From NCBI GenBank assembly GCA_963669175.1, contig OY769902.1:4448001-4512000 (forward strand): a stretch of 64,000 bases of DNA, in the 5' to 3' direction. Positions 62,662-64,000 of the stretch are shown piece after piece. Under the pieces are notes generated by a model. The model did no database searches. It was not told the origin of the DNA and saw only the letters and a program-made list of their open reading frames with translations. The translations under genes and the position numbers were made by a program. Positions within the stretch are counted from its first letter, which is position 1, and the number at the start of each line of letters is the position of its first letter. Origin of the DNA: a bacterium (GTDB lineage Bacteria > Electryoneota > Electryoneia > Electryoneales > Electryoneaceae).

Positions 62662-62983
62662 GGCTAAAGCCTGCTAAACTAGCAAGTTATTTGTTCCCAT
62701 AGGATTGTAATTCATGATATGCTATTGCCGTGGAACCACTGCTTTGTTATAGATACTCAGCCAAAGGCAGCCCTGTTATCAACCTGAAACAGCAAGGACT
62801 TCCAAGAAATACTACAAGTTGTGATGAATGCGCTTAAACGTCATTCCCGCGAACCGTAGCGAAGCGACGTTTGCGGTGTGCGAAGCACAGCCGCACATAT
62901 ACTCCCTTCGAAAAACAGGAGGAGAACCCTGATCAAGTCAAGGATGACCTAACCGGAACTTACTTTCAAGATTGACTATAGCG

Positions 62984-64000
62984 TTAGTTCAATTTACTGA
63001 AAAGATAATGACTCACATACCACTCCTCACCATCGCGGAAGCGAAAAAGTTCTTCGCAGGCCATAAAGAAAAGTCTCCAGCGTTGCAGCCATTTCTTTGC
63101 CTGGTCTTTACCGTAAGTCTTCTCAAACAGGGCTATTATCTCTGTACGGTTGTTGTCCAGTTTGTCCAGCCAGGCACGGCTGGTCCTGGCGTAGTTCATA
63201 CCGTTAACCTTCCAACTGTTTTCATGTTCCAGCTCCTGGCGGAACTCGGGAAGAAGGTCATGAGATGGCATCTGTCCGCCGGTGAAAAAGTGACGAGCCA
63301 TCCAGTCGTCAGGACCGCTGTCTTCATAGGGGTAGGCATACCGGTCGTGGGTGAAAATATGGACAAAAAGCTTACCACCCGGTTTCAGCCAGCTCCCGAC
63401 TCGGGACATCAGCTCCTGGTAGTTCCGCATGTGCTCAAACATCTCCACGGATACAATCCGGTCAAAGGTTTGCCCGGGGTTGAAGTCATTCATGTCTGTT
63501 GTGCGAACCTCGATGTTTTCCAGTCCAATCATTTTAGCCCGTTTCAGGATGAACTGCTTCTGATCGCGACTGTTTGAAACTGCGAGAATGCGGCTGTTCG
63601 GGTAATGCTCAGCCATCCAGAGGGTAAGGGAACCCCATCCACAACCAAGTTCAAGAATCTCCTGGCCATCCTCCAGTTCGGCACGTTCAGACGTGAGGCG
63701 CAACATGGCCTCTTCGGAATCATCCAGTGTACGGACTTCATCCGGCCAGTACCCGCTGCTGTACTTAAGGCGTTCACCAAGCACCTTCTCGAAAAACAGG
63801 GGCGGCAATTCATAATGCTGTTCGTTTGCTTTTTCAGGTACCAGGGCTACCGGACTGGTTTTCAACTCTTCAATCCAGCGGTCACGCTGCTCGAGTGCAA
63901 TCACCTCGGTTGGAGCACCCACTTTATCCAGTGTTTTTCTGAGACGGTGACGAATCCCGATCCGAATCAGAAAGTCGGGTATTATACCCTGTTCAACCAG
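62984..64000 (-). CDS. Cyclopropane-fatty-acyl-phospholipid synthase-like SAM methyltransferase, start beyond the window edge
   Basis: ANEQHYE, LKYSS, LELGCGWG and SVEMFEHMRN motifs; frame is open to 64000. Confidence 0.9.
   Translation of the reverse strand: MVEQGIIPDFLIRIGIRHRLRKTLDKVGAPTEVIALEQRDRWIEELKTSPVALVPEKANEQHYELPPLFFEKVLGERLKYSSGYWPDEVRTLDDSEEAMLRLTSERAELEDGQEILELGCGWGSLTLWMAEHYPNSRILAVSNSRDQKQFILKRAKMIGLENIEVRTTDMNDFNPGQTFDRIVSVEMFEHMRNYQELMSRVGSWLKPGGKLFVHIFTHDRYAYPYEDSGPDDWMARHFFTGGQMPSHDLLPEFRQELEHENSWKVNGMNYARTSRAWLDKLDNNRTEIIALFEKTYGKDQAKKWLQRWRLFFMACEELFRFRDGEEWYVSHYLFSKLN

Larger units (their letters stand above)
61665..62675. repeat. REP-like host element C containing MITE copies C and D
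   Basis: Six-hairpin element of about 200 bp after removing both inserts and their duplications. Confidence 0.85.

Noticed and set aside
62840-62948. gtcattcccgcg...ggatgac hairpin cluster as a riboswitch
   Set aside because: It lies downstream of a gene, resembles a decayed REP-type repeat and shows no aptamer consensus I recognise.

Overview
Bacterial genomic window, about 48% GC by eye. Four secreted proteins end in YPNPFN-type T9SS/Por C-terminal domains, which points to an FCB-superphylum organism, possibly outside Bacteroidota (inference). Coding content includes two-component signalling genes, a Na+/H+ antiporter, a TonB-receptor/YHS metal locus, a PPi-type phosphofructokinase, a papain-like protease, a type II restriction-modification pair, a SNF2/SWIM cluster and fatty-acid modification genes. 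Mobile DNA is abundant: two matching IS630 copies, one IS3, one IS4 and several MITE/REP families. No rRNA, tRNA or CRISPR array was seen. Main observations: (1) four copies of a ~396-bp MITE with Tn5/IS50-like 19-bp ends, each inserted into a GGCTnnAGCC hairpin of a ~200-bp REP-like host element and carrying its own REP-like cargo, with one copy further interrupted by IS4; (2) a DUF3800 gene plus partner facing a convergent, separately promoted ~70-nt structured RNA, a candidate RNA-regulated toxin/defence module; (3) a Cys/His-rich RPP leader ORF whose 3' end pairs with the RBS of a TonB receptor across a ~180-nt hairpin; (4) an in-frame UGA followed by a SECIS-like hairpin in a secreted LVIVD-repeat protein; (5) an AAACAGAC loop shared by unrelated hairpin stems. 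All family assignments come from motif recognition; no database searches were run.
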